Positions 9,484-18,033 of a DNA stretch of 64,000 nucleotides are shown one piece after another; within the stretch, counting starts at the first letter, position 1; every line of letters begins with the position of its first letter. The stretch spans positions 305,511 through 369,510 of the forward strand of contig CAWIUK010000010.1 in the NCBI GenBank assembly GCA_963839295.1, in the 5' to 3' direction. A program made the position numbers and the translations under genes. Source of the DNA: an uncultured Acidobacteriota bacterium (GTDB taxonomy: Bacteria > Acidobacteriota > Thermoanaerobaculia > UBA5066). The notes under the pieces were generated by a model. It was not told the DNA's origin and made no database searches. It saw only the letters and a list, made by a program, of their open reading frames with translations.

Positions 9484-12105
9484 CTATTTCGCCCTGGGCA
9501 TCTCCAGCGCCTTCGGTTCCAGCCCTGCTCCCGCGGACACGAGGTTGACGAAGAATCTGTAGGCGCCCGGGACGCCCGCGGGCAGCTGCCGGAAGAACGA
9601 ATAGCCCGTGTAGACCCAGGCGCCCTTCCCGACCCTCGCGAAGAGGAGGCCGCCGGGCTTGTCGGACTCGCCCGGGTCGTGCGACGAGATCACGGTTTCC
9701 CACCTCGGGTCCCACGACCCCGCGAAGTAGAGGCCGCGCTCCTGCACCCAGCCGTCGAAGTCCGCGGCGGTGAGCTTGTTCGGGAAGTTCAAAAGGCTGT
9801 GTCCGGGCTTGAGGAACGTGACGGGCGCCTCCTCGACGGTCACGCGGTCGCGCGAGAGCTTGAACGGGTACGGCCCGAGCGCGTCCGTCACGAGGTCGCC
9901 GGTGGTGTCGTACTGGACGACGACCGTGCCGCCGCCCTCCGCGTACGCCTCGAGGCGCTTCGTCGCCTGCTTGAGGCGCGGGCGCGTGTTGTACGCGCGG
10001 ATGCCCGCGACGATCGCGGAGTAGCGCGAGAGGTCGCCGGTCTCGAGCTCGTCGTCCGAGAGGAGCGTCACGGAGTAGCCCATCTGGCGGAGCGCCTCCG
10101 GCCCCGTGTCGCCCGAGCCCATGATGTAGCCGACCGGGGCGTGCGGCGCCTTGACGTCGATCCTGAGGACGCGGGCCTCGGCGGGAGGAAAGAGCGTCTG
10201 GAGCGGGATGTGCGCGTAGTCGACGCGCACGACGCTGCGCGAGTCCGTCTTGCCGGCGACCTTCGTCTCGGCCGCGAGCGTTCCCGACGCGAGGCCGCGA
10301 GGCGGCGTCAACGTGAAGGACACGGCCTTCTCCTCGCCCTTCGTCGCGAGCTCGAACAGGATCTCGGCGGGCGCGACGTGGAACCCGGAAGGCGCCACGA
10401 GGCGCAGGGCGCCCGAGACCTTCGGAGCGCCCGCGATGAGCGTCACGCGCACGGTCTTGGCGGCGTCGCTTCCGAACGCGTAGACCTTGTCGTCGAAGTT
10501 CGCGGTGACCGGCGGGACGACCTCGAACGGACGGTAGATCTCGCCCTTCACGGGGTCGGTCCGGCGGAAGACGACGGGGGTCTCGAACGGAATCGAGGCC
10601 CCCGAGACGGATACGACGAAGCGGGCGACGAGGGGCGGCGCGTTCTCGGGCCGTCCGACGAGCGTCGCGTCGGCGACGCCGTACAGGCCTTTCCCCGCAG
10701 GCTCCCGGAGCCAGTACGGCTGCGAGATCGCGGCGTCCGAGGGGAGGGCGAGAGTCGCCGTGCCGCGCAGCGGCTCGTTCGTCGCGAGGGCACCGCCCGC
10801 CAGCGGCGCAGCGGCGCCGGTGATCTCGACCCGCTCGAGTGTCGCGGGAAACGCCGAGCGGTTGAGGATCATCGTCGCGGCCTTGAACTCCGTGCCGGGA
10901 GCGGCCGAGGTCTCGGCGGCGATCGCCTCGATCCACAGCCCGAGGCACGCGCGGATCGCCTCGACGGCCTCGGCGCGCTTGGCGCGAAGAAGAGGATCGG
11001 GGATCGAAGAGGGAGAGGAAGACGAAGATTCGGATTTCTTAGAAGGTGAAGAGGGGGAGGCATCGGTCGCCGCTTCCTGCAGCTGCCCGATTGCGGTCCA
11101 GGCCTGGACCAGCCCGGGGACGGAGGCAGCCGGGTCCGTCGGGCGAAAATCTCCCTCCACCTTTCTCAGAATCTCCCCGACTGCCTTTCCTTGTGCGCCG
11201 TATCTGGCCCATGTGAGGTCGACGCCCTCGAACAGGTCTTCCCTGGCCGGGTCGCCGAGGATGGGCTTGAAGTCGTTCATCCACGTGCCGCGGCGTTCGG
11301 CGGCGCCGAAGCCCTGGCTCTTGTGCATCGAGCGGCTCTGCCCGGCGATCTCGGTGTACGAGCGCCCGAGGAGCGCGTTGTAGGCGCCGAGATCGACGGC
11401 GATCTCGTCCGGCGCGGCGTTGCGCGGGGCGTCGGGCCCGAAGCGGAAGACGTTCCAGAGGAGGCGCTTCGCCTGCCAGGGAGCGACCCACCTGAGCTGC
11501 CAGGGAAAGGCCTTGGGGTCGGCGGCGGCCGCGAACGCCTCCTTCGCGAGGATCGCGGAAGCCGTGTGGTTGCCGTGGCCGCCCTCGCCGGTCGTCGGGA
11601 AGCGGGTCACGATCACGTCGGGCCGGAAGGACCGGATGATCCAGACGACGTCCGAGAGCACCTGGTCGTGCCCCCAGATCGCGAACGTCTCGGTGGGGTT
11701 CTTCGAGAACCCGAAGTCGATCGCACGCGTGAAGAACTGCCGGGCGCCGTCGATCCGCCGCGCCGCGAGGAGCTCCTGCGTGCGCAGGACGCCGACGAGG
11801 TCGCCGGTCTCGTTGCCGATGAGGTTCTGGCCGCCGTCGCCGCGCGTGACCGAAAGGTACCCGGTCTCGAGGAGACGGCCCTTCGCGCCCCACGCGAGGA
11901 AGGCCGAGTTCTCGTCGTCCGGGTGGGCCGCGACGTAGAGGACGCTTCCGACGACGTTCAGCTTCTTCAGCTGAAGCTCGATCTCGGAAGCGCTCAGGTT
12001 TTCCCGGGGAGCCGCCGCGCGGGAGGTTCCGGCGGCGCAGGCGAAGACGGCGAGGGCGGCGAAAGCGGCGAGGGCGCGGGGGAAGCGGCGCGTCATGCGC
12101 CGCAT
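9484..12105 (-). CDS. Large PIG-L/LmbE family deacetylase
   Basis: Signal peptide and N-terminal LYVAAHPDDENSAFLAW (PIG-L AHPDDE motif). 873-aa ORF with coherent codon bias. It carries an in-frame low-GC repeat pair at 11005-11178. Confidence 0.75.
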   Translation of the reverse strand: MRRMTRRFPRALAAFAALAVFACAAGTSRAAAPRENLSASEIELQLKKLNVVGSVLYVAAHPDDENSAFLAWGAKGRLLETGYLSVTRGDGGQNLIGNETGDLVGVLRTQELLAARRIDGARQFFTRAIDFGFSKNPTETFAIWGHDQVLSDVVWIIRSFRPDVIVTRFPTTGEGGHGNHTASAILAKEAFAAAADPKAFPWQLRWVAPWQAKRLLWNVFRFGPDAPRNAAPDEIAVDLGAYNALLGRSYTEIAGQSRSMHKSQGFGAAERRGTWMNDFKPILGDPAREDLFEGVDLTWARYGAQGKAVGEILRKVEGDFRPTDPAASVPGLVQAWTAIGQLQEAATDASPSSPSKKSESSSSSPSSIPDPLLRAKRAEAVEAIRACLGLWIEAIAAETSAAPGTEFKAATMILNRSAFPATLERVEITGAAAPLAGGALATNEPLRGTATLALPSDAAISQPYWLREPAGKGLYGVADATLVGRPENAPPLVARFVVSVSGASIPFETPVVFRRTDPVKGEIYRPFEVVPPVTANFDDKVYAFGSDAAKTVRVTLIAGAPKVSGALRLVAPSGFHVAPAEILFELATKGEEKAVSFTLTPPRGLASGTLAAETKVAGKTDSRSVVRVDYAHIPLQTLFPPAEARVLRIDVKAPHAPVGYIMGSGDTGPEALRQMGYSVTLLSDDELETGDLSRYSAIVAGIRAYNTRPRLKQATKRLEAYAEGGGTVVVQYDTTGDLVTDALGPYPFKLSRDRVTVEEAPVTFLKPGHSLLNFPNKLTAADFDGWVQERGLYFAGSWDPRWETVISSHDPGESDKPGGLLFARVGKGAWVYTGYSFFRQLPAGVPGAYRFFVNLVSAGAGLEPKALEMPRAK
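11005..11060 (+). repeat. Low-GC dispersed repeat, copy A
   Basis: GAAGAGGGAGAGGAAGACGAAGATTCGGATTTCTTAGAAGGTGAAGAGGGGGAGG. The 20-mer at 11036-11055 is identical to the reverse complement of 41146-41165. Confidence 0.7.
11143..11178 (-). repeat. Low-GC dispersed repeat, copy A2 (inverted partner of A)
   Basis: The reverse complement reads GGGGAGATTCTGAGAAAGGTGGAGGGAGATTTT, which aligns with copy C (GGAGATTTCTTAGAAAGGTGAG). Confidence 0.6.
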
Positions 12106-12120
12106 TCTAGAGGGGGAGTC

Positions 12121-13344
12121 TCAATCCCCCGCGTGCTTCCCGAACGTCTCCTTCACGAGGAACGTCCCGGCCGAGGCGAGGAGGAGCGTCCCGAGCGAGG
12201 CCAGGAACGCCGCGTGGTACCCGGCGGCGGGGTAGCGCCGGGCGCCCAGCTCGAGAGTCCCGAGCCAGTGGGCGTCGAGGATCCGCCCGAGGACGTTCTG
12301 CATGGCGGCCGCGCCGAGGAAGCCGCCGGCGTTCACGGTGGCGGTGGCGATCCCGGAGAAGCGCGGCGGATTGACCTCACGCGCGAGGACCCACGTGAGC
12401 GTGAAGCAGCTCGCCGTGAGGCCGACGAGGAAGCAGAGCGGGCCGAGCAGGGCGCGCGGCGGCCCGGCGGGGGGCACCGCGACGCACGCCCAGACGGCCG
12501 TGTAGACGAGCGTGAAGAGGACGTACGGGAGGCGCCGCGCGCGGAAGACCCGGTCGGAAAGGAACCCGGCCGCGGGCGCGCCGAAGACGACGCCGATCCC
12601 GACGAGGGAGACGAGCTGCGCCGCGTCCTTCGCGGAGAGCCCGTACACATCGCGCATCCACGGGACGGCCCAGAGGCCCGAGAAGGAGATGAGCGTTCCG
12701 TACTGGCAGAAGAAGACGAGGAACATCGGCCACGTGTTCCGGTTCCCCCAGACCGTGCGGTAGCCCTGCGCGACGCTCAGCTTCGGCGCCGGGCCCCGCG
12801 GGAGAGGCGGCGGGAATCCCGCGTCCTCGGGGCGGTCGCGCACGACGGCGAGCGTCAGGAGGGCGAGGGCGACGGAGACCGCCGCGACGCCCCCGAACGT
12901 CGCGCGCCACCCGGCGAGGGATACGGCGAGGGCGAGAGGGGCGGCCGCCATCAGGCCGCCGAGGTTGCCCGCGACCTGCGTGAGGCCGGACCACGTCCCG
13001 AACTCGTCCGGGCGGAACCACGCGCCGACCTGCTTGAGCGTCCCGATGAAGACGACCGACGCGCCCGCGCCGACCACGACGCGCGCGGCGTAGACGACGG
13101 GGAGCACCTGCGCGGCCGCGAAGATCCCGCCGCCGAGGCCCATGACGAGGGCGCCCGCGGCGACGGCCCTGCGCGGTCCCCACGCGTCGACGGCGGCGCC
13201 GACGGCGAACTGCATCACGGCGAACGCGTAGAGGTAGAGCGCGGACATCGTCGCGACCTCGACGCCGGTCGCCGCGAACGTCCGCATGAGGTCCTTCGCG
13301 AGGACCGCCGGCGCGATCCGGTGGAAGTACGCCACGACGTACAC
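12121..13344 (-). CDS. MFS transporter
   Basis: 12-TM-like hydrophobic profile and typical MFS loop motifs. The listed GTG start truncates TM1, and the in-frame upstream sequence RSRRVLVWGVLALV lacks an ATG/GTG/TTG. Confidence 0.75.
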   Translation of the reverse strand: MYVVAYFHRIAPAVLAKDLMRTFAATGVEVATMSALYLYAFAVMQFAVGAAVDAWGPRRAVAAGALVMGLGGGIFAAAQVLPVVYAARVVVGAGASVVFIGTLKQVGAWFRPDEFGTWSGLTQVAGNLGGLMAAAPLALAVSLAGWRATFGGVAAVSVALALLTLAVVRDRPEDAGFPPPLPRGPAPKLSVAQGYRTVWGNRNTWPMFLVFFCQYGTLISFSGLWAVPWMRDVYGLSAKDAAQLVSLVGIGVVFGAPAAGFLSDRVFRARRLPYVLFTLVYTAVWACVAVPPAGPPRALLGPLCFLVGLTASCFTLTWVLAREVNPPRFSGIATATVNAGGFLGAAAMQNVLGRILDAHWLGTLELGARRYPAAGYHAAFLASLGTLLLASAGTFLVKETFGKHAGD

Positions 13345-13407
13345 GAGGGCGAGGACGCCCCAGACGAGGACGCGGCGGGAGCGGAAGCCCGGTTCGATCG
13401 GGAGATT

Positions 13408-14994
13408 CTAGGGCTGCCGGCGCGTGGCGGGGACCGACGGCGCGAGAGTGCCGACCGGCTCGTGCGAGGGGACCTCCTGCAGCGGGGACGTCTTCACGAT
13501 CACGTCTGCGTGCGCGCCGAGGGAGTGGTTCTGGAGGCCGACGCCGCCGTTCGCGTAGGTGGCATCGTGCGCGACGAGGACCTCGACGCCGTCGACCGAG
13601 ACGGCGATGCGGTCGCCCGCGGCGCTCAGGGCGAGGCGCACGGGCGCGGCCTTCGGGTCGAGCCCCGTGCGGGCCGACAGGTTCAGGCCGCTCCTCTTGC
13701 AGGTGAGGCCGACGTCGCCGTTCGAGCGCAGGAACGCGAGGTAGCCGCTCTCGGTGCCGCCGTCGGCGGGAGCCAGCGTCCGCCCCGCAAGCCCGATCCA
13801 GTTGAAGCTGCTCCCGAGGTCGTCCGTGATCCGGACGGTGCTCGAGATCTCGAAGTCCGTGACCTCGAGGCCCTGCACCTTGGCCCGGAAATCGGGGACC
13901 GAATTCACGAGGCTGCCGGCCGAGACGGCTGCGCCGCCGTTCGGGAGGGCCCAGCGCCAGAGGATCGCGCTCCACGCCCCGTCGAAGCGGTCGCGGAACG
14001 CGGGCGGGGCCGGGCCGAGGTCGGCCAGCTCGTTCGTGAGGGCGTGGGCCCCCGGCTTCCACGATCCATCCGGCTCGAGGAGGCCGAGGACGGGGGTCAG
14101 GCATCCGCCGCAGTCCATGAGCTCGTAGTCGAAGAGCGCCGCGACGCGCGGGCGCGGGGCGTAGAGCTGGAAAACGCGCAGGACGTCGTCGCCGCCTCCC
14201 GCGTCGCCGCCGCCGTTGAAGCCGAACTCGGTGATCCACACGTCGCGCGAGGCGAGGACGCTCCGGTCGATCCAGTAGAGGAGCGAGCGATGGAACGTGT
14301 CGCCGTTGAAGAACTTGTTGAGGATCCCGTTCGGGCCCGTGAAGGACCCTTCCTCGTAGACGTGCTGGCTCACGATGTCGACCAGGCCTGCGGCGCCCCG
14401 CTGGGCGATTGCGTCGAAGAACGCGCCGGGAGAGCGCGGGGCGCCGAAGGAGCCGGAGAGCTCGGGCGCCGCGATCTTCGCGAACGGGTCGACGGCTCGG
14501 ATCGCGGTGGCGGCAGGGACCAGCAGGGAATCGACGTACGAGAGGGGCTCGCCCTGGAAGAACACGGGCTCGTCCGGCTCGTTCCAGATCGAGTAGACCG
14601 CGATCGCGCCCCGGTAGCGCGTCGCGAGCGCCGTGACGAAGCGCCCGATGTACCCCTCCTGCGGGACGCACGAAACCTCGATGGGCGGGACGCCCATCCG
14701 GCAAGCCCACTTCGGCGTCGAGGAGATCGTCGCGTAGATGGCGAGGCCGCGCGAGCGGTACGTCTGGACCATCCGGTCGAGCCCGTCCCAGGTGATCACG
14801 CCGTTCGCCGTCTCGACGGCGTTCCAGAAGACATCCATGCGGACGAAGTTCATGTGCATCGCGGGGACGGCGTCGACCTCGGGACCGGTCGCGGAATGGA
14901 GGTTCACGCCGCGGAAGCGTGTCCCGGCGGCGGCGGGCGGGCCGGACGCAAGCGCGGCGAGCACGAGGACGGAAGCGACGGCGGGGCGCGGCAT
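13408..14994 (-). CDS. Secreted glycoside hydrolase (clan GH-A TIM barrel) with C-terminal lectin/LamG-like domain
   Basis: Start at MPRPAVASVLVLAALASG (signal peptide). YSIWNEPD (acid/base NEP) and VWITEFGF (nucleophile TEF) motifs. C-terminal ~170 aa is beta-sandwich-like. Confidence 0.6.
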   Translation of the reverse strand: MPRPAVASVLVLAALASGPPAAAGTRFRGVNLHSATGPEVDAVPAMHMNFVRMDVFWNAVETANGVITWDGLDRMVQTYRSRGLAIYATISSTPKWACRMGVPPIEVSCVPQEGYIGRFVTALATRYRGAIAVYSIWNEPDEPVFFQGEPLSYVDSLLVPAATAIRAVDPFAKIAAPELSGSFGAPRSPGAFFDAIAQRGAAGLVDIVSQHVYEEGSFTGPNGILNKFFNGDTFHRSLLYWIDRSVLASRDVWITEFGFNGGGDAGGGDDVLRVFQLYAPRPRVAALFDYELMDCGGCLTPVLGLLEPDGSWKPGAHALTNELADLGPAPPAFRDRFDGAWSAILWRWALPNGGAAVSAGSLVNSVPDFRAKVQGLEVTDFEISSTVRITDDLGSSFNWIGLAGRTLAPADGGTESGYLAFLRSNGDVGLTCKRSGLNLSARTGLDPKAAPVRLALSAAGDRIAVSVDGVEVLVAHDATYANGGVGLQNHSLGAHADVIVKTSPLQEVPSHEPVGTLAPSVPATRRQP

Positions 14995-15008
14995 GGACGC
15001 GCGGGAAC

Positions 15009-15788
15009 TTACTTCATCGACGCGCGGACCTGGACGAGGAACTTGTCGAAGTCGTCGATCCGGATGAGGCCGAGGCGCGGGTACTCGAAGTCGAGGATGA
15101 CGTAGAGCGTGAAGGCGAGAATGACCGCGAACCCGGCCACGTGGAGCCAGCTCCGCGCCGCGCTCGCGCCCATCTGGTATCCGACGAGGAGGGAGCAGAC
15201 GAGGGCGATCACGGCGAGGACGGCGTAGATGATCTTGGGCGGGTGCATGTCGGTGGCGGCCATGCGGGTCGTCGTGATGTCGATCATCGCGTTGAGGGCG
15301 GGGAGAAGGACGATCGTCGCCTGGGAGGGGGCCTCGCGGCACGCCGCCACGGCGCCCGCCCAGATCTCGTTCTGGATCACGCCGGACCGGACGTACGCGG
15401 CCCGGGCGGCCGCGAGGTCGGAGTCCGCGACGGCCCGGTAGGTCTCGAGCCGGGAGTCCACGTAGCGGCGGAACGCGTCGCGCAGCTTCGGCTGGGCCGC
15501 CTGCGGGAGGAGATCGAGGCGAAGCCAGGCCGTTCCGATGTCGTTCGCTTCCTCGACGATCTGGGCGCGGCGCATGTCGAACCGCGCGGCCGCTCCCGAG
15601 AACGTGAAGGCGAGGAGGAGCCCGAGGAGACCGAAGGCGACGGTCTCGACGGTCCCGAGTCCCGCGGGGCGGGCGGTTTCGTCCGCCACGAAGTCCCGGC
15701 GCCCGAGACGCCTTCCGATTTCGACGCACGCGAGCGTCGCGAGGCAGGCGATCACGAAAAGCACGACGGCTCCGATCAGGTGCGGCAT
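15009..15788 (-). CDS. DUF4239-like membrane protein
   Basis: Two N-terminal and two C-terminal TM helices flank a helical soluble region. Family assignment is from memory of the DUF4239 architecture. Confidence 0.45.
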   Translation of the reverse strand: MPHLIGAVVLFVIACLATLACVEIGRRLGRRDFVADETARPAGLGTVETVAFGLLGLLLAFTFSGAAARFDMRRAQIVEEANDIGTAWLRLDLLPQAAQPKLRDAFRRYVDSRLETYRAVADSDLAAARAAYVRSGVIQNEIWAGAVAACREAPSQATIVLLPALNAMIDITTTRMAATDMHPPKIIYAVLAVIALVCSLLVGYQMGASAARSWLHVAGFAVILAFTLYVILDFEYPRLGLIRIDDFDKFLVQVRASMK

Positions 15789-15806
15789 TCGGGAAGGATA
15801 ACCGGG

Positions 15807-16418
15807 TCAGACGTGCACCCCGCGCGTCCGCAGGGCCCAGCCGAGGAGGAGAAGGCCGATCGCGGCGATCCAGCTCCCGGCCACGCGAACCGCGATGCGC
15901 GCCGCGGGCGCGCGGAGCGACACGACGAGTGCCGCGGCGAGGGCCACCATCACGAACGCCACGACCGCGATCCCGAGGAGGCCGAGGGCGCCGGGGCCCG
16001 TGCCCGCGAGGGCAGGGCCGTTCAGGAACCCGTGGACGAGGCCGAGGCCGGACGCGAGCGCCGCGACCGCGCCGTCGGAGAGCCTGAGGTCTGCCGCGAC
16101 GAGGAGGCCGAGGAGGACGAAGGAGAGCGCGGGGACGGGCGCCGCCGTGGCGGCTCCGGCGCGAAGGCCGAGAAGGCCGCCGGCCATCCACGCGACCGGC
16201 AGGATGAAGAGCGCGAGGCGGCCCGCGCGCGCGCCCCGCAGGCCGGAGTAGAGCGCGAGCGCGAGGATCGGGACGAGGTCCTCGGGAGTCAGGAGGAGGT
16301 GGCCGATCCCGTCGTACACGGGCCCGAGGCCCGTCGTCACGAGGTGTGCCTCGGCGCGCCGCGAGATCAGGAGAGCGAGGAACGCGAGTGCTCCCGCACC
16401 CGGCACGCGCGTCCTCAT
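15807..16418 (-). CDS. HupE/UreJ-like membrane protein (divergent paralog)
   Basis: Signal peptide then AHLVTTGLGPVYDGIGHLLL, six hydrophobic helices and a GLVHGFLNG motif. ATGA overlap with the upstream gene. Confidence 0.6.
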   Translation of the reverse strand: MRTRVPGAGALAFLALLISRRAEAHLVTTGLGPVYDGIGHLLLTPEDLVPILALALYSGLRGARAGRLALFILPVAWMAGGLLGLRAGAATAAPVPALSFVLLGLLVAADLRLSDGAVAALASGLGLVHGFLNGPALAGTGPGALGLLGIAVVAFVMVALAAALVVSLRAPAARIAVRVAGSWIAAIGLLLLGWALRTRGVHV

Positions 16419-17029
16419 CGGATCGCCTTCCAGAGAAATCCGAATCCGGCGATCGCCACCAGCGTTCCCGCAACACGAAGCGCGACGCGTCCCCACGCCC
16501 AGCGGTGGACGAGGCCGATCGCGATTCCGGTCAGGTGCAGGCACCCCGTCGCGACGACGAAGCCGATGCTGTAGAGGAGGCCGCTCTGCCCGGGCGGAAG
16601 CTCCGTGCCGTGCGCGTGCCCGTGGAAGATCGCGAAGACGCCGACGAGGGCCGCGGCGACCGCGAGCGGCGGTCGCGCCTCGCGCGCGACGGCGAGGCCG
16701 AGGAGGACGGCCGAGAGCGCGATCGCGATCTCCACGCCCGGCAGCGGCACGCCCACGAGGCCGAGGAAGCCGCCGAACGCCATGACCATCGGGAAGACGA
16801 CCGGCAGGAGCCACACGGCCGGCGCGCCGAGCTGCGCGCCCCACAGGCCGACGGACACCATCGCGAGGACGTGGTCGAGGCCCGAGACCGGATGCCTGAA
16901 GCCCGAGAGGAAACCGCCCACTTCGCCGGCCTGGACGTGTGCGCGCGCGGGTGCCATCGCGAGCGCGAAGACGAGAAGCGCGAGGAGCCCCTCGGGAGAC
17001 GGCCGGCGCCGCGCGGTCTTTGCGCTCAT
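16415..17029 (-). CDS. hupE: HupE/UreJ family Ni/Co transporter-like protein
   Basis: AHVQAGEVGGFLSGFRHPVSGLDHVLAM and FHGHAHG motifs are classic HupE/UreJ signatures. About 200 aa, 6 TM. Confidence 0.75.
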   Translation of the reverse strand: MSAKTARRRPSPEGLLALLVFALAMAPARAHVQAGEVGGFLSGFRHPVSGLDHVLAMVSVGLWGAQLGAPAVWLLPVVFPMVMAFGGFLGLVGVPLPGVEIAIALSAVLLGLAVAREARPPLAVAAALVGVFAIFHGHAHGTELPPGQSGLLYSIGFVVATGCLHLTGIAIGLVHRWAWGRVALRVAGTLVAIAGFGFLWKAIR

Positions 17030-18033
17030 CGCGCGCCCCCGAAGAGCATGACGGTCCGCTGGATCGTCCAGTACGCGCCGAGCGAGCCGACCGTGTAGCC
17101 CGGCAGAGCCTCGGCCCAGCGCGGCCAGCGGATCTCGAGCGTCCGGAACGAGCGCTCGAGGAGGAGGATGACGGCGACGAAGATCACCTGGCCGATCTCG
17201 ACGCCGACGTTGAAGAGGAGGAGCGCGAGCGGGATCTCCGCCTTCGGGAGGCCCATCGCCGAGAGGCCGCTCGCGAAGCCGAAGCCGTGAAGGAGGCCGA
17301 ACGCGAACGCGACGACCCACGGGTGGCGAATCGTGAAGCTCGTCTCGCCGCGCCACGTCCTCACGATTTCGGGGCCGAGGAAGAGGATCGAGAGCGCGAT
17401 CGCGGCGTTGAGCGGAGGGAGCGGCGCGGAGGCGAAGCCGAGCGTCGCGACCGCGAGCGTCAGGCTGTGCGCGAGCGTGAACGACGTGATCGTCTTCACG
17501 AGCATCCAGCGATCCGACACGATCAGCAGGAGGCCGAGGACGAAGAGCAGGTGGTCGACGCCCATCAGGATGTGCTCGACGCCGAGCTTCAGGTACGACG
17601 CGGCGCGCTGCGCGGCGGTCGTCGCGCCCCCGAGCGTCACGGACGGGGCCGCGGGGCCGACGAGATGGCTCTCGAGCCGCCCGTCCGCGTGTCTCACGCG
17701 CACGAGGACGTCCGTGGCCGTGGACTCGAGGCCCTCGATCACGATCGTCTTCCCCGCGAGGCCGCCCTCGCAGCGGAGCGTGCCCCGCACGAGGATCGCG
17801 CTCGTCGTGAGCTGCTGGCGGTCGGGCGTCGCGAGCGCGCAGCCCCGCGGGAGGACCGGCGCGATGCGGATCTCGGTCTCGCCGCCGAACGGCGCCTTCC
17901 AGAGAAACGCGTAGACGCCGGGGGACTTCTCCTCCATCTCGAGGAAGCCGGGCCGGTTCTCGTGGGAGAGCGCGGGAAGCGCCGCGAGGGCGAGAGCGGC
18001 CGCGAGGAGGAGACGCGCGCGCCTGAGGCTCAC
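17026..18033 (-). CDS. HupE/UreJ_2-type membrane protein with N-terminal periplasmic domain
   Basis: GTGA overlap with the upstream stop. Signal peptide, ~120-aa soluble domain, then GVEHILMGVDHLLFVLGLLL, FTLAHSLTLA and GLLHGFGFA motifs. Confidence 0.65.
   Translation of the reverse strand: MSLRRARLLLAAALALAALPALSHENRPGFLEMEEKSPGVYAFLWKAPFGGETEIRIAPVLPRGCALATPDRQQLTTSAILVRGTLRCEGGLAGKTIVIEGLESTATDVLVRVRHADGRLESHLVGPAAPSVTLGGATTAAQRAASYLKLGVEHILMGVDHLLFVLGLLLIVSDRWMLVKTITSFTLAHSLTLAVATLGFASAPLPPLNAAIALSILFLGPEIVRTWRGETSFTIRHPWVVAFAFGLLHGFGFASGLSAMGLPKAEIPLALLLFNVGVEIGQVIFVAVILLLERSFRTLEIRWPRWAEALPGYTVGSLGAYWTIQRTVMLFGGAR

Noticed and set aside
10991-11015. GGATCGGGGATCGAAGAGGG resembles the Illumina adapter AGATCGGAAGAGC, which raises the possibility that the repeat is sequencing contamination
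   Set aside because: The match is imperfect. The segment is in frame inside a long ORF. The repeat family has diverged copies in both orientations at many loci, which adapter contamination would not produce.
13408-13410. In-frame TAG between the glycoside hydrolase and the MFS ORF, and TAG/TAA inside repeat cores, as possible stop-codon reassignment or read-through
   Set aside because: TAG, TAA and TGA all terminate well-defined genes at sensible lengths elsewhere in the window. The core stop triplets are out of frame where the repeat is inside ORFs. A hydrolase-transporter fusion is implausible.
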